Assembly (NCBI GenBank): GCA_964016885.1
Contig: OZ024753.1
Location: 40,114,001-40,178,000, forward strand
DNA: 64,000 bases
From: Eledone cirrhosa
Taxonomy: Eukaryota
Reading direction: 5' to 3'
How positions within the stretch are numbered: position 1 is the stretch's first letter; each line of letters begins with the position of its first letter. Below are positions 60,911 to 64,000 of this stretch, piece by piece. The position numbers and the translations under genes are program-made. The notes beneath the pieces were generated by a model. The model made no database searches. It was not told the origin of the DNA and saw only the letters and a list, made by a program, of their open reading frames with translations.

Positions 60911-61287
60911 ATAAATGTGCTGCGTGGTTGTTAATGGGTTACATATGAATAAAGTTAGTCCTTCATCAGTGATCTTCCAACCATCATTGGTATTCAATCG
61001 CTTTAAAGACCATATACCTCCGGTTGGTGCGAGCAACGGCTAAAAAAAGTCGTTGGGACACGTAAATAAAGAGGACACGAGTGTAAACAAACAAAGATGG
61101 TGAAGCAACGAAAAGTGAGGAAGAAGGAGTCAAGTCCCAAATGTCTATGAATTTAAATTCGGTGAAATCGTGTACGTGTCCCAACGACTTTTTTTAGCCG
61201 TTGCTCGCACCAACCGGAGGTATATGGTCTTTAAAGCGATGAAATACCAATGATGGTTGGAAGATCACTGATGAAGGACTAACTTTA

Positions 61288-61294
<7 letters not shown>
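60906..61294 (-). mobile_element. Fold-back element family G
   Basis: 122-bp arms 60943-61064 and 61173-61294, 108-bp spacer, short tail 60906-60942; CTGATGA near the arm ends. Confidence 0.88.
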
Positions 61295-61333
<39 letters not shown>

Positions 61334-61391
61334 TATATATATATATATAAATATATATATGTATGTATATATATTTGTATATATCTATATG

Positions 61392-61457
<66 letters not shown>

Positions 61458-61460
<3 letters not shown>

Positions 61461-61753
61461 CGAAGGAAATGTGGTAAGGAACCAGGTGGACCATAACGCA
61501 CCAAAGTACTCAATACTTAGGGTAGTAGAGTGGGTAATAGGAACCAGTAAGACCCCGACGGCTGAGCTCAAGCCGTTTCGACGGCTAATTCTGGACTAAA
61601 TGAAAATTTATCCTGGTATTTAAATAGCCGAGCTTCTCAAGAATTACCCCTTGAGAAGCTCGGCTATTTAAATACCAGGATAAATTTTCATTTAGTCCAG
61701 AATTAGCCGTCGAAACGGCTTGAGCTCAGCCGTCGGGGTCTTACTGGTTCCTA
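61458..61753 (-). mobile_element. Fold-back element family C, longest copy
   Basis: 104-bp arms 61538-61641 and 61650-61753; tail 61458-61537. Confidence 0.92.
61646..61739 (+). ncRNA. Complete type I hammerhead motif (family C), U3-A8 variant, long stem II
   Basis: ACCCC-UUGAGAA-GCUCGGCUA...UAGCCGUC-GAA-ACGGCU UGAGCUC AGCCGU-C/GGGGU; predicted cleavage after 61734. Confidence 0.82.
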
Positions 61754-62536
61754 TATATATATATATATGTATATATATGTATGTAAGTATATGCTTGAGA
61801 GTGTGTTTGTGTGTTTGTGTGTTTGTTTGAGAATGTGTGTCTGCGACGGTAGTTGTATGTGTACATAATTGTGCGTGTGAAATATAGTTTATACGGACTG
61901 TAATTATCGATGCTTTCTAATTCTGTTGATAGAGATTTAGACATCAGCCAAGTGCTATCTCTGCTGACCAGTCTTGTCTTGTCTTTATAATTCTCTTAGT
62001 TTTTAATCTATTGCTGTAGTGTTCCTCTTTCAGATAATATAGGATTCTATTTTCATAATTGATATTTTAATATAATGATTTCGTCTTATAATGATGAATA
62101 TAAAAACAATGCTATATTATTCTAAACAGCTGAAATAACAACAAAGGAAAGTAAAAGAAATACTACACCAACAGTATAAACAACGAAAACACTACAACTA
62201 CGTAGCTATTCGTTATCCTAGAAATAACAGTCAAATTACCCTGAAATTTTACTCTAAATGAATTTATGACATTTATCTTTAATTGGAATATAGAAAAATA
62301 AAATTGACGTTGATGTTATTGTTGTTAACCCGTAGCTGATTGATCTGAGCAACAAAGAATGTTTTTCCAGTCGTGACCTTCCCAATTTTTCCAATGTTTT
62401 GCTAACTTATGTCATATCATTAAAGGTCTCAGATGGTAGGATATGATTTTGGTGATATTTGGCAGTTATTCTTAACAGATTGAGTAACTACTTAGCAGAC
62501 CCATCACACTTGTTGATATAGAAGTAAATACGCACG

Positions 62537-62852
<316 letters not shown>

Positions 62853-62880
62853 TATATATATATATATACACATATGTATA

Positions 62881-63056
62881 TAACAAAGAGGGTATGGTAA
62901 GATACCAGGTGGACCATAATGCACCAGAGTACTCAATACTTATGGTAATAGAGTGAGTAATAGGAAAAGTGTCATGGCCCGACGGCTGAGCTACGGCCGT
63001 TTCGGATCTAGCTGTCGAAACGACCGGAGCTCAGCCATCGGGGTCCTGACTCTTTT

Positions 63057-63060
<4 letters not shown>
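62881..63060 (-). mobile_element. Fold-back element family C subfamily 2
   Basis: Tail 62881-62960; diverged arms ending CTTTTCCTA. Confidence 0.85.
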
Positions 63061-63130
<70 letters not shown>

Positions 63131-63335
63131 CAAATAACGAAACGAAATTAAATTTCGTTTCGTTTGTAACTCACTTTTGTACAGAATAGCTGGACACTCA
63201 CAGTAAAGTGTCCTGTGAAAAACTCGGTACATCTACATATGTACACGTGTGTGTATTCATATGCATACTAGTATTTCAGTATACATATGTGGATGTACAT
63301 TTTTAACTTAATTATATATATATATATATATATAT

Positions 63336-63630
63336 TAAGTTGTTAAACAATATTCGATGATTATGTCAAAGAATGAGTTTTACAGTAGTTTGGAAGCACT
63401 CTACGACAAAAATAATTTTCAGGAGTTATTAATATTAAAATATAAGTATTAATAAAATAGATGTTCTTTTGATCAATTACCTTGATTAAATCTTAACCAT
63501 TTAACATCTCAGGGTATGTCATGTATCATTATATTTTGTCTGACGAGGACGTACTGTTGTACATCAGAAATATGTATAATAAAATGTAATTGATCAAAAG
63601 AACATCTATTTTATTAGTACTTATATTTTA

Positions 63631-63634
<4 letters not shown>
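63336..63634 (-). mobile_element. Fold-back element related to family F
   Basis: 49-bp arms 63432-63480 and 63586-63634; tail with AAGCACTC resembles 31839-31850. Confidence 0.75.
63533..63585 (+). ncRNA. Type I hammerhead motif (F-related)
   Basis: AUUUUGU-CUGACGA-G GACGUAC UGUU GUACAUC A-GAA-AUAUGUAU-A/AUAAAAU. Confidence 0.72.
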
Positions 63635-63690
<56 letters not shown>

Positions 63691-63728
63691 GTATGTGTGT
63701 ATATATGTCTCTTTCTCTCTCCCTCTCT

Positions 63729-63776
<48 letters not shown>

Positions 63777-64000
63777 CAGAGAGCCCGTGTGTATTTCCCC
63801 ATGTGCATATAAATATAAGTAGGTAAGTATAAATACATGTAAGTACATACATAAATACGTAAGTATACATACATGTATGACTATATGCAAGTATATAAAT
63901 TCCTCTAATCTACATGCTACGTACAATATCACCCAAAGGACAAAGGTTATTGATTTTCCTCTCGTATTTCATTCAAATCCTTTTGGCCTTTCATCCTTTA

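Overview
AT-rich, repeat-dominated animal genomic DNA. The SINE repertoire and the extreme (TA)n/(CA)n content suggest a cephalopod, probably Octopus; this is an inference. No host protein-coding exon can be supported, and nearly all ORFs in the track are microsatellite read-through artefacts. Recognisable content: two tRNA-derived SINE families; 5'-truncated non-LTR retrotransposon fragments (RTE, L1/Tx1, R4/Dong-like, CRE-like); short Tc1/mariner-type MITEs; and 71-, 38- and ~36-bp tandem arrays. The most notable signal is a set of non-coding fold-back elements inserted in (TA)n tracts, belonging to at least five sequence-distinct families. Each has an inverted arm, a direct arm and a single-copy 3' tail. 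Four families carry type I hammerhead ribozyme motifs, with canonical CUGANGA or U3-A8 variant UUGANAA cores and often a palindromic stem III. This matches the terminal repeats of Penelope-like elements (PLEs) or non-autonomous retrozyme-like derivatives. There are also (TA)n-anchored inverted duplications of flanking DNA. All folds were read by eye and not computed.
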